A DNA stretch of 64,000 nucleotides, taken from the NCBI RefSeq assembly GCF_009914755.1, contig NC_060928.1. One strand, written 5' to 3'. The notes under the pieces are model-generated. The model was not told where the DNA came from, made no database searches, and saw nothing but the letters and a program-made list of their open reading frames with translations. Below are positions 1-16,657 of the stretch, one piece after another; the stretch's first letter is position 1, and every line of letters starts with the position of its first letter. The position numbers and the translations under genes were made by a program. The DNA comes from the human T2T-CHM13v2.0 reference genome, Homo sapiens.

Positions 1-216
1 TTATCCAAGAGTAACCCAACTGATAAGCATCAGAGGATTTGGGCCTGGCCATTAAGCACTAGACTTTCTGCTTAATGAAGACGGATAAAGATTGGCCTGA
101 TAATATTTAGTAAATGGAGTATTTTTTATTGGGGACCTTAGTTTATCACTTCTCCTACTCAGATTAAAGAAAGATTGACTTTACCAAGTCTCAAGATACC
201 AATTTAAAAGCATATT

Positions 217-510
217 GCCCCAGACACAGTGGCTCATGCCTGTAATCCTAGCACTTTAGGAGACTGAGGTGGGCAGATCACCTGAGGTCAGGAGTTCGAA
301 ACCAACCTGACCAGCATGGTGAAACCCCATCTCTACTAAAAATACAAAAATTAGTTGGGTGTGGTGGCGGGCGCCTGTAATCCCAGCTGCTTGGGAGGCT
401 GAGGCAGTGAGAATCTCTTGAACCCAGGAGGTGGAGGTTGCAGTGAGCCAAGATTACCCCACTGCACTCTAGCCTGGGCGACAGAGCAAGATTCTGTCTC
501 AAGGAAAAAA
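217..510 (+). mobile_element. Alu (AluS-like)
   Basis: Dimeric Alu with A tail. Confidence 0.9.
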
Positions 511-1654
511 ATATATATATTGCAGTTAGAGTTGGTATTTCCATGTATTTTTGCACACAGATAATTGTATAACTCTAATGGACTCGTTATGTGATTCTAT
601 GCTTTGCCAGTCAGTCTACTCGATTATTTGAGTTCCACTTTTATATATTGTTCATTCAGTTTTTAAATTCAGGTAACACTCAGCATTTACCATTTGCAGG
701 CTCTGTGTGAGGCATTTTACATGTATGACCCCTGTAATCTTTCTGATAATCTTGTGGGAAAACTGAGGTTTTATGAGGTTGGGCAGCTTGTCCTTAGTAA
801 GAAGAGGGGGAAGGGTTTGACACCTGGTCTTGCTACAAAGATTTTTAGTATTTCACTATTTCACCAAGAGGAATGGAAGAGGCAGCATCTAAATAAATAA
901 ACTGGTAAGAGGAGATTTCTGGGGATGCTAGTATAACATCTGGGTAGAAATGTTGAACAGGCCGTTGGAAGTGACTGTCAATCAGGAGAGAAAATGCACT
1001 GAATCTGAAGGTTAAATACGTATGGGTGGTAAACAAAGTTTAAGGAGAAAATGAGCATCCAGGGAAAGAACAGAGAGAAAGGACAGAAGTGTTAGGATAG
1101 AACTGTCTGCAATTCTGTTTCTAGAAATTAAGCCAGCAGGAAAAAGAAGAGATAAATAAAACCGTGAAGAGTGCTTCATAGGAGAAAGCAAGGGAGAAGA
1201 TTGTGTCAAGGAAAAGGACATGATCAGAAGTGGAAAATGAGTTAACGAAATCAAGGAGATGAGATATGAGAAAAAGTCCTTGGAGCTTGGGGATTTACAG
1301 TTCTTGTTCTTCTTGGAGAGACCCATTTAAGTGGAGAAGTGGGTTTGGAAGTTGGCGTATATCTCTGAAGTTTGGCAAGAGTGGAAGGAGCCCGTGTTTG
1401 TATTGGAGACAATGTGTTGGGATTTTTTTTTTCCTTTTAAGGTTAAGGGGGACCTTAACATGTTTGTGAATGGAAGTGAAGGATTCCAGGAAAAGGCAGG
1501 AATGGAGGGGTGACTGAAGGAGCAAAGATGGGTTATGATAGCATCCTCTTGGGAGGGATTGGTGTCAGCAGTAGGGGTGCAGCCTCCTCGGGGAGCAAAC
1601 AGCCACTTCAGCAAACACCTTATGTGTGCTCTGGTTTTTTGAATATCCTGATTT

Positions 1655-1959
1655 TTATTATTTATTTATTTATTTTTGAGACAGAGTCTCACTCTGTTGC
1701 CCAGGCTGGAGAGCAGTGGTGCGACCTTGGCTCATGGCAACCTTCATCTCCCGGGTTCAAGTGAGTCTCCTGCCTCAGCCTCCTGAGTAGCTGGGATTAC
1801 AGGTATGCATCACCACACCCAGCTAATTTTTGTATTTTTAGTAGAGACGGGGTTTCACCATGTTGGCCAGACTGGTCACGAACTCCTGACCTCACATGAT
1901 CCGCCCACCTCGGCCTCCCAAAGTGCTGGCATTACAGGTGTGAGCCACCACGCCCGGCC
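1655..1959 (-). mobile_element. Alu (AluS-like)
   Basis: Reverse Alu consensus. Confidence 0.9.
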
Positions 1960-2110
1960 AATTTTTATGATTTCTTTCTGTTTATTTTTATTATACTTGG
2001 ATCTGGTGACTATAATAGTGATGCCAGTTGAGGTCAATTTAGGTAAAACTTTTACCTAAAGTGGTAAAAACTTTAGGCTCTGGGGTTTGACTGATAAAGG
2101 ATTAAATTTA

Positions 2111-2469
<359 letters not shown>

Positions 2470-2667
2470 TTAAATTCTCAAGGCCTCGTTATCTCATAGA
2501 ATTAATGTAGAGATTAAATATGATAATATAAGTAGGATACTTACCTCAGTGCCTTCCAAATACTTGGGTCCACAATTAATGTTAGCTATTTACTATTATT
2601 AAATGAGACTTCATATATAGCAATATAGAGCCCTGGAAGTGATGTATTATTTGCTCTGTTTCCTCAG

Positions 2668-2811
2668 GTTTCATTTAGTGGAGAAATTGGGTATGACCTC
2701 GGAGGAGTCAAGAAAGAGTTCTTCTACTGTCTGTTTGCAGAGATGATCCAGCCGGAATATGGGATGTTCATGTATCCTGAAGGGGCTTCCTGCATGTGGT
2801 TTCCTGTCAAG
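2668..2811 (+). CDS. HERC5: HERC5 coding exon (start of HECT domain), VSFSGEIGYDLGGVKKEFF...WFPVK
   Basis: tcctcag acceptor and gtaagt donor; 144 nt, phase 0-0; HECT motif F.GE.G.D.GG.KEFF. Confidence 0.95.
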
Positions 2812-3249
2812 GTAAGTTCCCTCTTCTTTGCTTAAGGTATTTTGCGACAGAAAAAGTACACCATATACCATAGAAAATTAGTTTGTCTAGACTATTTCAT
2901 GTTAGAAGAGGAGTATTGATATAATTATGGAGATAATGTATAATTCTAATAAGGTGATTATTTTCTTTAAAATGGAGTTTCCTTTTCCTGGGTTCCCATG
3001 TCTGTTCACATCGAACTCAAGCAATATATTTTTTGATCATTTATATAATGCATGGATTAAAAAGGAACCCTCTCTTTTTTAGGTACTCATTCTTTGTGTC
3101 AGTTCTGTTTTCCTAATGAATTTGAAGACAAAGGCTGTGGAAAGAAATTGTGAAAACTAGTTTATAAGGATTACTGAACCTAATGTATTTTTATTGCTGG
3201 TATGCTTTTAGGAACCAAAACTGTGGCAGGGATTTATTTGGTTTTTTAT

Positions 3250-3555
3250 TTGTTTGTTTGTTTTGTTTTGCTTTATTTTTGAGACAGAATCTCACTCTGT
3301 CACCCAGGCTGGAGTACAGTGCCATGATCTTAACTCACTGCAACCTCCGCCTCCCAAGCTCAAGCCATTCTCTTGCCTCAGCCTGGCGGGATTACAATAA
3401 CTGGGATTACAGGCTCCTGCCAACACACCTGGGTAGTTTTTGTATTTTTTGTAGAGATGGGGTTTCACCAGTTTGGCCAGGCTGGTCTCAAACTCCTGAC
3501 CTCAGGTTATCTGTCCACCTTGACCTCCCAAAGTTCTGGGATTACAAGCGTGAGA
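3250..3555 (-). mobile_element. Alu
   Basis: Reverse Alu; TSD-like gtggcagggattta on both sides. Confidence 0.85.
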
Positions 3556-3590
3556 GTGGCAGGGATTTAAATTGACTTAATGACCAAATA

Positions 3591-3670
3591 TTAGGTTGGT
3601 GCAAAAGTAATTGCAGGTTTTGCCTTTACTTTTAATGGCAAAACCTGCAATTACTTTTGCACCAACCTAA
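3591..3670. mobile_element. MADE1 (Hsmar1-derived MITE), 80 bp with TA TSD
   Basis: ttaggttggtgcaaaagtaattgc...gcaattacttttgcaccaacctaa flanked by TA on both sides. Confidence 0.95.
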
Positions 3671-3820
3671 TATAAACCCTAAACATTCTTATCTCAGGCT
3701 TTAAATTTTTCAATTTGAGATTTGATTTTATGAAAGAGAAACAAAGATTTATTTAATATAAATATTTCATTGTACTGGTAAAAACTCATAATACTTTAAG
3801 ATTTTTTTTTCGCTTTTCAG

Positions 3821-3987
3821 CCTAAATTTGAGAAGAAAAGATACTTCTTTTTTGGGGTTCTATGTGGACTTTCCCTGTTCAATTGCAATGTTGCCAACCT
3901 CCCTTTCCCACTGGCACTGTTTAAGAAACTTTTGGACCAAATGCCATCATTGGAAGACTTGAAAGAACTCAGTCCTGATTTGGGAAA
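3821..3987 (+). CDS. HERC5: HERC5 coding exon, [21 protein letters not shown]...LSPDLG(K)
   Basis: cgcttttcag acceptor and gtaagt donor; 167 nt, in frame with the previous exon. Confidence 0.95.
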
Positions 3988-4921
3988 GTAAGTAAACAGA
4001 GTTCCTGAGAAAGGACCCTTTCTAACATATATTTAGGCAAATATTTAAGTACACACGCTTCATAATATTTCCATGTTCAACAGCAGCATTTTAGGTACTT
4101 TAGACCAGTTTTAACTTTGACAAGAATTGTTGGATGATAATTTCGTTTTCTAAAATTAGGAAGTGTTGATTATTCCCATAACTAGACTTCAATGTTTGCA
4201 TTAATCTTTCAACTTTTTCTGTGTAGGAACAGTCATGCACAGAGCACAGGTTACACCTTGGTGCAAAATCTGCTAGTGATATTTATGTTAAATGTTGTTT
4301 CATGTCATCACCTTTAAAATGGAAACTTATTTCTAAGTTAAAAGACAAGCCACCACCTCACCAAAAAATGGCAACAGTAAAAGGGTTTTCATATCCCTGC
4401 TGTGTAAAGCATTCCTACACATCCGTAAGAAATATTCACAAAGTATCCAAGAAGGCAACCTGGCAAAGAAGCAATAGAAATGCTTCCTAAATAAAAATGT
4501 CTTCAATCTCACCAGTGCTCATAGAATGCATATTAACGTGAGAGGCTAATTTATACTTCAAGTTGACAGTGGTTTGAAGTGTTGATGCTATATAGTATTA
4601 GCAAGGGCTTGAAAACTTTCATTTTAATTTCAGGTATTATTCGTGGAAATATAAATTGGTACTCCTTTTCAGAGAACAGTGTGGCAGGACTTAGCAAAAT
4701 CAAAACATATTTGCCTTTTCAACTCAACAATTCTACTTCTAGACATTTAACTTTCAGAAATACACAACCATGCAAGGATCAGTGTATAGTAATATATACT
4801 GTATTTATAGTTTATAATATAAAGACTCCCTAAATGTCCTTCACTAAGGGAATGATATATTTTTGGTATACTTATGCAAATGGAATACTACAGAGATTTT
4901 TATTTTTAAAGAGTAAGAACA

Positions 4922-5230
4922 GGCCAGGCATGATGGCTTATCCCTGTAATCCCAGCACTGCGGGGAGGCTGAGGCAAGTGGCTTGCTTGAGCCCAGGAGT
5001 TTGAGACCTGCCTGACCAACACGGCGAGACCTCATCTCTACAAAAACAAACAAACAAAAACAACAAAAATTAGCTGGGCATGGTGGCACATGCCAGGAGG
5101 CACACCTCAGAAGGCTGAGGCAGGTGGATAGATTGAGCTCAGGAGGTTGAAGCTGCAGTGAGCCGTGATCATACCACTGCACTCCAGCCTGGGCGACAGT
5201 AGAAGACCCTGTCTCAATTAAAAAAAAAGA
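4922..5230 (+). mobile_element. Alu (AluJ-like) within an old L1M
   Basis: gcttgagcccagg diagnostic; TSD aaga.taagaaca. Confidence 0.85.
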
Positions 5231-5564
5231 ATAAGAACAGTAATATGATTCTAGTATTATTATCATCCCTCTTTTACAGATTCAGAAACTAAAACACAGA
5301 AAGATTAGGTAACTTGCTCAAGGCCCCATAATGGCAGAACGATGATCTGAACACAGTCTGGCTCCAGAGTCTATTAATCGTTTATACTAACTGTACTAAT
5401 AAGACAAGGAAAAAAAAATCAAAAGCACAAGATTTAGAAAGAAGGAGATAAATTTGTCATTATTATTTTACTGGAAACATCGAAGATAACCTAAATAATA
5501 ATTATGCCTCAAAAGACTGATAATTAACAATGTACATGAACTAAAAGATCTTTAAATTTGTATC

Positions 5565-5892
5565 ATTGTTTCTCAAACTTTTAGGTCTTAAGATTCTCTT
5601 AAAAATATTGAGGACTCCAAAGCGCTTTTAGTTAGGTTGGTTACATCTGTCAATATTTACGGGATTAGAAATTAAATATTTTAAACACAGGAATACACAA
5701 ATATCTGTTAGCAGAGCATTCCACAATATCATATAGCCTCATGAAAACTCTTCTGTTTACTCACAGCAGAATGTGAAAATAGGCAAATAACATCTTAATA
5801 ATGTTATGAAAATAGTTTTGACCTCATGAACTCTGTAAAGGCCCAAGGATTCCCAAGAATTGCTGGTCTGGCTCACATTTTGAGAACCAGTG
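5565..5892. mobile_element. hAT-Charlie family DNA transposon remnant
   Basis: cattgtttctcaaa...tttgagaaccagtg terminal inverted repeats. Confidence 0.6.
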
Positions 5893-6498
5893 ATCTCTGT
5901 GTTCAGTAAAACTCAATTTTAATCCCAGGAGGCTTTTTATTAAACTTCACAACCTGGTTCTAAAATTTATATGGATGAACAAAGGGTCAAGAATAGCCAG
6001 AAATCATTCTTAAGGCAAATAAGGATGGAGAACTTGGTCTGTCAGCTATCAAGAATTATTAGAAAGCTGTATTAGTCAGGACAGTATGATGTATGATATT
6101 GGTGCAGGTTTTCCGATAGAACAGACGATAGAGCTCAGAAATGGACCCATGCCTATGTGGAACTTTATTAGAGGTGACATATTTGATCAAGGGGAATAGC
6201 AGTACTACTCAATAAATGGAACTGGAAAAAAATGATATCTATCTGGGGAAAAAAATGAAAGTAGATCTTTGTCTTATGCCATACATGATAATCACCTCCA
6301 TGTGGATGAAGGATTTAGATATTAAATGCAAAAATCATGAAAATACAGGAGAATGATCTTTCTCACCTTTGAGATTTCTTAAACAAGACATGCAGTGTAC
6401 CAACAGTAAAGAAAAGATTTAATACATTTAATTGCAATAAGATTAAAGAACTTCTTTCTTCATCAAGAGGGTGTTAGAAAAATGCAAAAGGGAAGGTG

Positions 6499-8590
<2,092 letters not shown>

Positions 8591-9581
8591 CACCGCCTTC
8601 CCCACAAAAACAAAAACAACCCACAATGAATAAAACATGGTCTGTTACTTCACAATACAGTAATTTAAAAACCCAGTGGGGAAAAAAAATCAGTTCAGAT
8701 TCCACCTTATCCCAGAGGCCTTTCCCAATGTCATGTATCCCTTCAGAAAAATTTAACTGTGCTCTTTTAAGCCTATACCTGTGTGATTTCCATAGTTCTC
8801 TGGCTGCACATACCTCACTGTATTGTAGGTGAGACTCCCATCAGCATACCTCACCTTCAAGTCCCAGAGTATTGGCAGTGATATCTTAGTCTCAACTTTA
8901 CATCCCCTATGCCTGCTATAGTAGGGGCTACTTAAATGTTTGTTAAATAAATATTTGAGTGAATGAGCAAATACAATGAGATGTGTTATTTCAAAAGCAT
9001 GTATAAAGCATCATAGGATGATAGGATGGAAATAATTTAAAAATTGGTTACTGTCCATTTTGATGTGACCTCTATTCTCACAAATGCCCTGAAATTATTA
9101 AGGTAGTCTAATTTCAGGTGTTTCTTAAGCTTGATGATATTGGGACAAGAGGTGCAGAGAAGGTCCTTTGACCCACCTCAGAGTTACTGATACCTGAAAT
9201 TTAATATGAGACCTATTCTGTAAGTAAAGTTCAAAAGCTTCAATAAAGGTAACACCAGTTTGAATGAATTCACTATCAGTGAACGTTAGAATCCTTTTCT
9301 AAATAGAAACCTACAATCATTAGGTAGGGAATTTAAGGTAAAGGAACAAGAGCTGTGAAGCAGGCAGGCAGCCTGCAGAAATGCAGACAAGCTTCTTAAA
9401 TTTGACATGTTTAGTTGAGGTCTGGCCCTGTTTAGACTATCAGTACGCAGAGAAAGAGGTTCTGTGAACTATACCTGACCTCATACCTTCAGAATAGCTA
9501 TACACTTGACATTTATTTTAGATGCTGTGTCTAGTGATCATGGTTATTACCTTTTTAAAAGCAAGATTATTTTTTCCTTAG

Positions 9582-9648
9582 GAATTTGCAAACACTTCTG
9601 GATGATGAAGGTGATAACTTTGAGGAAGTATTTTACATCCATTTTAAT
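9582..9648 (+). CDS. HERC5: HERC5 coding exon, (K)NLQTLLDDEGDNFEEVFYIHFN
   Basis: ttccttag acceptor and gtgagt donor; 67 nt, phase 2-0 fits the neighbouring exons. Confidence 0.93.
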
Positions 9649-9790
9649 GTGAGTAACAATAAAAGCAGATAACAGATTAGTTTTAATCTGATTAACCCTT
9701 TACATATTTAACTAAACATGTCAACTTTTACTTAAAAAAAAAACCTGAATAAATTAGTGAAAAAGGTATTGTTCTTCATCATGATCTAGG

Positions 9791-10285
9791 TGCATCAGTT
9801 AGATTTTACTATGTAACAGCCAACCCTAAAACCTAGTGCCCTAAAAGAACAAATACAATTTTGTGGGTTTCTGAACTGGGCCGACTTGGCCAGGCTGGAT
9901 GGTCTACAGTGGTATCACTCACATGCCCAGTCACTGGCAGGCTGGTTGGGTTATAGGGTATCAGCTGGAACAGCTTGTCTCTGTTCCCTGTGGTCTTTCA
10001 TTCTCCAATAGGCTAGCTGAGGCTTTTGAAGCAAGACTGCAGTCTTTATTCTTCACATGGTGGCCTTAGGGTTACAGAGAGGAAGCGATAGCAAGCCCCA
10101 CCACACATGCTTCTGCTTCTGTCAGATCCCATTGGCTAAATAAAGTACCTCACATGGCCATGCCGAGATTCAGTGGCTGAAGAGATAGCCTCTCCCCTTG
10201 ATTGCAAGTGTTGCAAAGCCACTAGGCAAAGGGGCAGGAGAACTAGGATGGGAAGAATTCATGGCCATTTTTGTAAATCTACCAT
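9791..10285 (-). mobile_element. Old MaLR LTR (MLT1J/K-like)
   Basis: Degenerate MLT1 termini and internal motifs. Confidence 0.55.
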
Positions 10286-10570
10286 ACTGGGTCTATGCTG
10301 TATGAAGTGAATACTGAGATGTAGCAATTTTCCAATTAATTTGTTTAATTTGATCAGTTAAAATAAGAGAATTCAAGCTTTGAAAAAATTTATTTTTATT
10401 CAGTATGATAGGGTGTAATTTTTTGTTTGTACATTCCTTGCTAGCTTTTATGACAAAAATGTACATTTTAACACATTCTTTTTAGAAAGTATGCTCCAAA
10501 GTGTTTTTATTGATGATAGATTGTTCAGAATTATGTTGGAGATATTATCTGAGTTCATTTGCGGTTACAG

Positions 10571-10641
10571 GTGCACTGGGACAGAAACGACACAAACTTA
10601 ATTCCTAATGGAAGTAGCATAACTGTCAACCAGACTAACAA
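10571..10641 (+). CDS. HERC5: HERC5 coding exon, VHWDRNDTNLIPNGSSITVNQTN(K)
   Basis: ttacag acceptor and gtaggt donor; 71 nt; HECT LIPNG..I.V...N motif. Confidence 0.93.
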
Positions 10642-11397
10642 GTAGGTACAAAAAATGAAATAGTTGGTTTGTATATGTACTATTTTTATTTTACTGAGCT
10701 CTAAAAATTCCTTTTAGCTCTTTAATTTTTCATTCTCATTAATCATTTTTCACTAAGGCAGAGAAGTTGGTGTGTGTTGTATGTGTTTTGACATATATAT
10801 CATGGAGTTTATATTGTGGTAAGGAATGGAAATGGCTTTCTCAGAGAGACCTTTCTATTTCCTCCTGTCCAAAATTACAACACCAACATCTGTCCCTCTT
10901 TATCCACTCGTTCTGCTTTTTCTTTTCATATCACACATTACCTACCTTTAGGGTTTATTTGCTTATTTATTTCTCATTGTTTCTCCAATGATAGTGAATG
11001 CGGCAGGGACTTGGTATGTATTCTTCACCGCTGTATATTCAGTACCTAGAGTAGTCTACAGTGGTGCCTGATACATTGCAGGCACATAGTAAGTATTTGT
11101 TGAAAAGGTTACTATGATATTTTGACTTCCCAACATCTAATGGAATGCCATTTAAAGCCATGGAGTTTGGAATTATAGAACCTTCCCTTGATAGTTGGTC
11201 AGAGTGGCAAAGAGATCTCTAGGAAGCGTGCTGGCCTACATCACATCTTTTTCCACGATTTCTTAATCTTTTTTTTTAAACTTTGTATTGAAGTATAACC
11301 TATATAACAGAATTTTGCACAAGTCATAAATGTACAGTTTAGTGAATTTCACAAAGCAAACATGCCTATGTAATTACTGCCAGATCAAGAAATATAA

Positions 11398-11753
<356 letters not shown>

Positions 11754-13440
11754 TATCTGTAGTATTTTTGACCGACATAGTGTATTTCAAGTTTTGGACT
11801 ATTATGAATAATGCTCTTGTGAACATTCTTGTACATGTGTTTTGTTTATGTGCAGGCATTTCTGTTGGTATGTAACTGGGAGAAGTGCTTGGTGCCTTGT
11901 GGTTGCCCCTTGCTCCATGCAGGCAGAATCAATGCTCCTACCTGAAATTCATTTGGATATTGATATGGATGATGCCATATGTAAGCCAGAGAGTATGAAA
12001 ATGTTTAGTACATAATGGGGCTTTTTGGGGAGAGCTGCACAGGCATCCAAGCTGATCTGTTTGGCTTAAGTGAAGAGAGAGGCAGGTGGCTTTAGTTTTT
12101 ATGGTGGTTCCGTGGGGCCAGGGTCAGGGTTCTCATGCAACCCAGAGCATGCGTGGGGAAATTTAAGCCACGCAGCCATCAGTGGGTGCCCAGGGAGTGA
12201 GCCTGTGTTGTGCAGATTTGGAGGCGAAAGGGGAAAAAGGAGGAGTGGGACTTGAAAGCTGTTAGTAAGCAAACATAAAAAATGGAGGCACACTTTCATC
12301 AGTAGGGTACGACAGTTCTAATTGCTCTATATCCACTCTAATAGTATTACTAGTCTTTTTTAAATTAGCCATTCTGGTGGGTATATAGTAGTATTCCATT
12401 GTGGTTTTAATTTGCATTTCTCTGATTACTAATGTTAAGCACTTTATATGCTTATTGGCTGTTTGGATATCCTCTTTTCAGAAATAATTATTCCTCATCT
12501 TTAGTCTATTTTTCTGTTGCTTTTTTTTTTCTTGTCAGTTTATGAGAGTTCTAGATGCAAGTCTTTTGTTGGTTATATGTACTGCAGATATCTTCTTACA
12601 TACTGTGGCTTGTCTTTTCACTTTTTAAATGTGTCTTTTGATTAACCAAAATTTGTAATTGTAATGTAGTCTACTTTATCAATATTTTCCTTAATGCATA
12701 GTGTTTTTCTGTTTTCTATTTTATGAATACTTCCCTATCCTAGGGCTATGAATATATTCCCCTGTATTTTCTTCTAGAAGCTTATCATTTTATTTCTCAC
12801 ATTTAGATCTATGATCCACTTTAATTGATTTTTTAGTAAGATGCAAGGTATGGATCAGGTTTTATTTTTTCAATTTTTGAAACTGATTATACTGAACCTA
12901 TAGATCAATTTTTTGAAAAAATTGACATCTTAAAATAATGAGGCTTTAATCCATGAATACAGAATCTCCATTTGTTTAAATCGTCTTTTGTCATTCTTGA
13001 AAAAATGTTAGGTAGTTTTCTATGTAGAGATCTTGTTGCAATATTCTAAATAGGTTTCTTGGATCATTTATTGTATTTGAATCTTCTCTGTCCTTAAAAA
13101 TTTTTTTGTCTGCTTTTCTGTTAGTTACTAGGAGAGGTATATTAGCATCTATACTATACATGTGGATATGAGTGTTTCTTTAAGTTTCGTTATTACTAAG
13201 CACATAACAGATTTTTGAATTGTTTTACCTTCCTGGTATATGACTCGGTTGTCATTAGTAAATGTACTTTTCTATCCTTGTCTTGTTTGTCTGATTTTAG
13301 TATAGTTACACCACATTCATTTTGGTTGATGTTTGCATAGTGTATCTTTTTCCCTTCTTTGACTTTAATCTGTGTTTTCACATTTAAGTTATATATGTTA
13401 TAAGCAGCATATGATGGAGTTGTTATAAAAATTACATTAG

Positions 13441-13742
<302 letters not shown>

Positions 13743-13887
13743 TTAGATAATCTCTAGTAACTATGACAGTCCATGGCACATGGTAGGTACTCAATAACTG
13801 TTAGGTATTCTAGCTTTTATTTTTAGCCCCTCACCATTTTGTTCAGGATATTGCAGTAAGTGGAAATAACATTTTGTTTTATTAAAG

Positions 13888-14071
13888 GAGAGACTATGTT
13901 TCTAAGTATATCAATTACATTTTCAACGACTCTGTAAAGGCGGTTTATGAAGAATTTCGGAGAGGATTTTATAAAATGTGCGACGAAGACATTATCAAAT
14001 TATTCCACCCCGAAGAACTGAAGGATGTGATTGTTGGAAATACAGATTATGATTGGAAAACATTTGAAAAG
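13888..14071 (+). CDS. HERC5: HERC5 coding exon, [12 protein letters not shown]...DYDWKTFEK
   Basis: attaaag acceptor and gtacat donor; 184 nt; HECT F..GF and F.PEEL...IVG motifs. Confidence 0.95.
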
Positions 14072-14150
14072 GTACATCATCAAGTCTAAGTTGATTAAAT
14101 TCAGTTTTCCTTCCTATTTCCTCAATAACTTTTTTTTGTATTTTCTCTAG

Positions 14151-14253
14151 AATGCACGTTATGAACCAGGATATAACAGTTCACATCCCACCATAGTGAT
14201 GTTTTGGAAGGCTTTCCACAAATTGACTCTGGAAGAAAAGAAAAAATTCCTTG
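14151..14253 (+). CDS. HERC5: HERC5 coding exon, [34 protein letters not shown]
   Basis: ttctctag acceptor and gtaagt donor; 103 nt; follows a 79-nt intron; HECT C-lobe FW motif. Confidence 0.95.
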
Positions 14254-15328
14254 GTAAGTATTATATCAAGGAATAGATCTGTAATCGTATGTCTTTTTAA
14301 TGGGATAAAAATTTCCTTTATGATAAGTACCATTTGCAACAGATCATAGTGTCAGAGCTACGCCTAGTCCAACTGAACATCCTCTGTGTCCCAACATCAA
14401 AAAACAAATGTTAATATCTATAAGCAATCTTTTCCCCTGTGATTTCATCCCTTCTTATTGCTTTTAAAGTTTTCGTTTCTTCATCCAAGCTAAATATCAA
14501 GCCTTCTTTCTGTAGCCCTGTCATCATTCACTTATTCAGCCTTTTTGGGATTAACTAAAATATTTTATTTGGCTAATTTTTACTGTTCCTATATTATTAA
14601 TACTATATTTGCTATTACTGTACACAGCTATTTTATTTGTATCTTTAGGCTTAATGACTTTCTCATTTTCTATTTCCTTACTTTTGAGAAATATTTATCT
14701 TCTATTTTTATTTTTGTGGATAACATGTATGTTAGAAGATATTCAGACTTAATAGAAGCCCAACCTACCTTTCCAGTCTTAACTCCTAGAGGAAATTTTT
14801 GTCCCAACCAAATAATCCCATTGTCTGAACACTCCTGAGCTCACCTTGCACCTTCCCACCTCCAGGCCTTTCTGTGAAGTTCCTTCTCCTGCCTTGAACC
14901 TCACCTACCTCCTTGTTGCCTTTCTAAACCTTTCCATCCTTAAAGGTCCGGCATAATTCTGAACTCTTGGAAATCCCCTCAGTCATCCCAGCCTGGCTCT
15001 CTCTCCTTATTCTCAAGCATAGCATTGACTCAGGAGGCACTTAACTCCATGACACCTCTTCGGGCTGTCTTATACCTTACAGCTTTTCTCTTGCTATTAT
15101 GTGTCTTTTTCTTCACAAGAATCTAATATTCCCAGTCAGACTTTAAGCTGCTTGAGGACAGTGACTATGTGTCAGACATTGTTCGAATACAATCCCCAAT
15201 GCACTGTCAAATGTAGGACACTGCACATGGGCTCCAGTGAAGTTTTGTGAATAAATAGATTTTTTTCTCTGTAAAGAGATTTTGGTCTCCATGTAAAACA
15301 GATTGCCTAATTTTATTCTTCTTTTTAG

Positions 15329-15534
15329 TATTTCTTACAGGAACTGACAGACTACAAATGAAAGATTTAAATAATATGAAAATAACATTTTGCTGTCCTG
15401 AAAGTTGGAATGAAAGAGACCCTATAAGAGCACTGACATGTTTCAGTGTCCTCTTCCTCCCTAAATATTCTACAATGGAAACAGTTGAAGAAGCGCTTCA
15501 AGAAGCCATCAACAACAACAGAGGATTTGGCTGA
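15329..15534 (+). CDS. HERC5: HERC5 last coding exon with the catalytic Cys (ALTCFS, TGT at 15439-15441), ending NNNRGFG*
   Basis: ctttttag acceptor; FLTGTDR...P.ALTC...LFLPKY..GFG* is a HECT C-terminus that matches my recollection of the ISG15 E3 ligase HERC5. Confidence 0.95.
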
Positions 15535-15825
15535 CCAGCTTGCTTGTCCAACAGCCTTATTTTGTTGTTGTTATCGTTGTTGTTGTTGTTGTTGTTGTTG
15601 TTTCTCTACTTTGTTTTGTTTTAGGCTTTTAGCAGCCTGAAGCCATGGTTTTTCATTTCTGTCTCTAGTGATAAGCAGGAAAGAGGGATGAAGAAGAGGG
15701 TTTACTGGCCGGTTAGAACCCGTGACTGTATTCTCTCCCTTGGATACCCCTATGCCTACATCATATTCCTTACCTCTTTTGGGAAATATTTTTCAAAAAT
15801 AAAATAACCGAAAAATTAACATAAA
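15535..15825 (+). terminator. HERC5: HERC5 3' UTR with polyadenylation signal AATAAA at 15798-15803
   Basis: AATAAA about 260 nt after the stop, followed by a GU/U-rich tract; cleavage site approximate. Confidence 0.7.
15561..15621 (+). repeat. (TTG)n microsatellite in the HERC5 3' UTR
   Basis: tttgttgttgttatcgttgttgttgttgttgttgttgttg. Confidence 0.9.
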
Positions 15826-16317
15826 AGTCTTATTCACTATTCAATGTGTTTACCAGCTCTTTTGGAATTGCTATCATTGCATGTAAGATATATCAATTAT
15901 AATATAGATTAAGCTGTGTCTCTCACACAATGTTTGCATGACTTGGCCTGAAGGGATACTCTTTACCTTAGAAGTTTTTTTAAAAAACTTGTAATTATCT
16001 ACCCAATATCTGTTCTCCCCTTCTTTCAGTACAGATTCCCTATATGGTAGGAGTGGCATTGTTCTCAGTCTTAAAATCATACATTTCCCAGCCTCTCTTC
16101 AAGGTAGGGACAGGTGGCAGTGGTGACAGTTATTGGGAGAAGCTTCTGAGGAAGCTTTTTTATTTAAATGCTGTTATGCTTTTAATGGAGTTAGGTACAA
16201 AATGCATCCAAGCAAAAGAATGTTGTACATACTCATTAACATAGTGATAAATGTAAATTACACTTTGATAATGTAAAATACAGTGTGTTAGGCCCCAAAA
16301 AGAAACTACAAAGTTAG

Positions 16318-16657
<340 letters not shown>

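Noticed and set aside
278-556. Many 60-140 aa ORFs containing LSPRLECSG / [11 protein letters not shown] (this one is an example)
   Set aside because: Translations of antisense Alu sequence; no gene structure.
15446-15640. ORF with a poly-Cys tract
   Set aside because: Out-of-frame reading of the HERC5 last exon running into the (TTG)n repeat.
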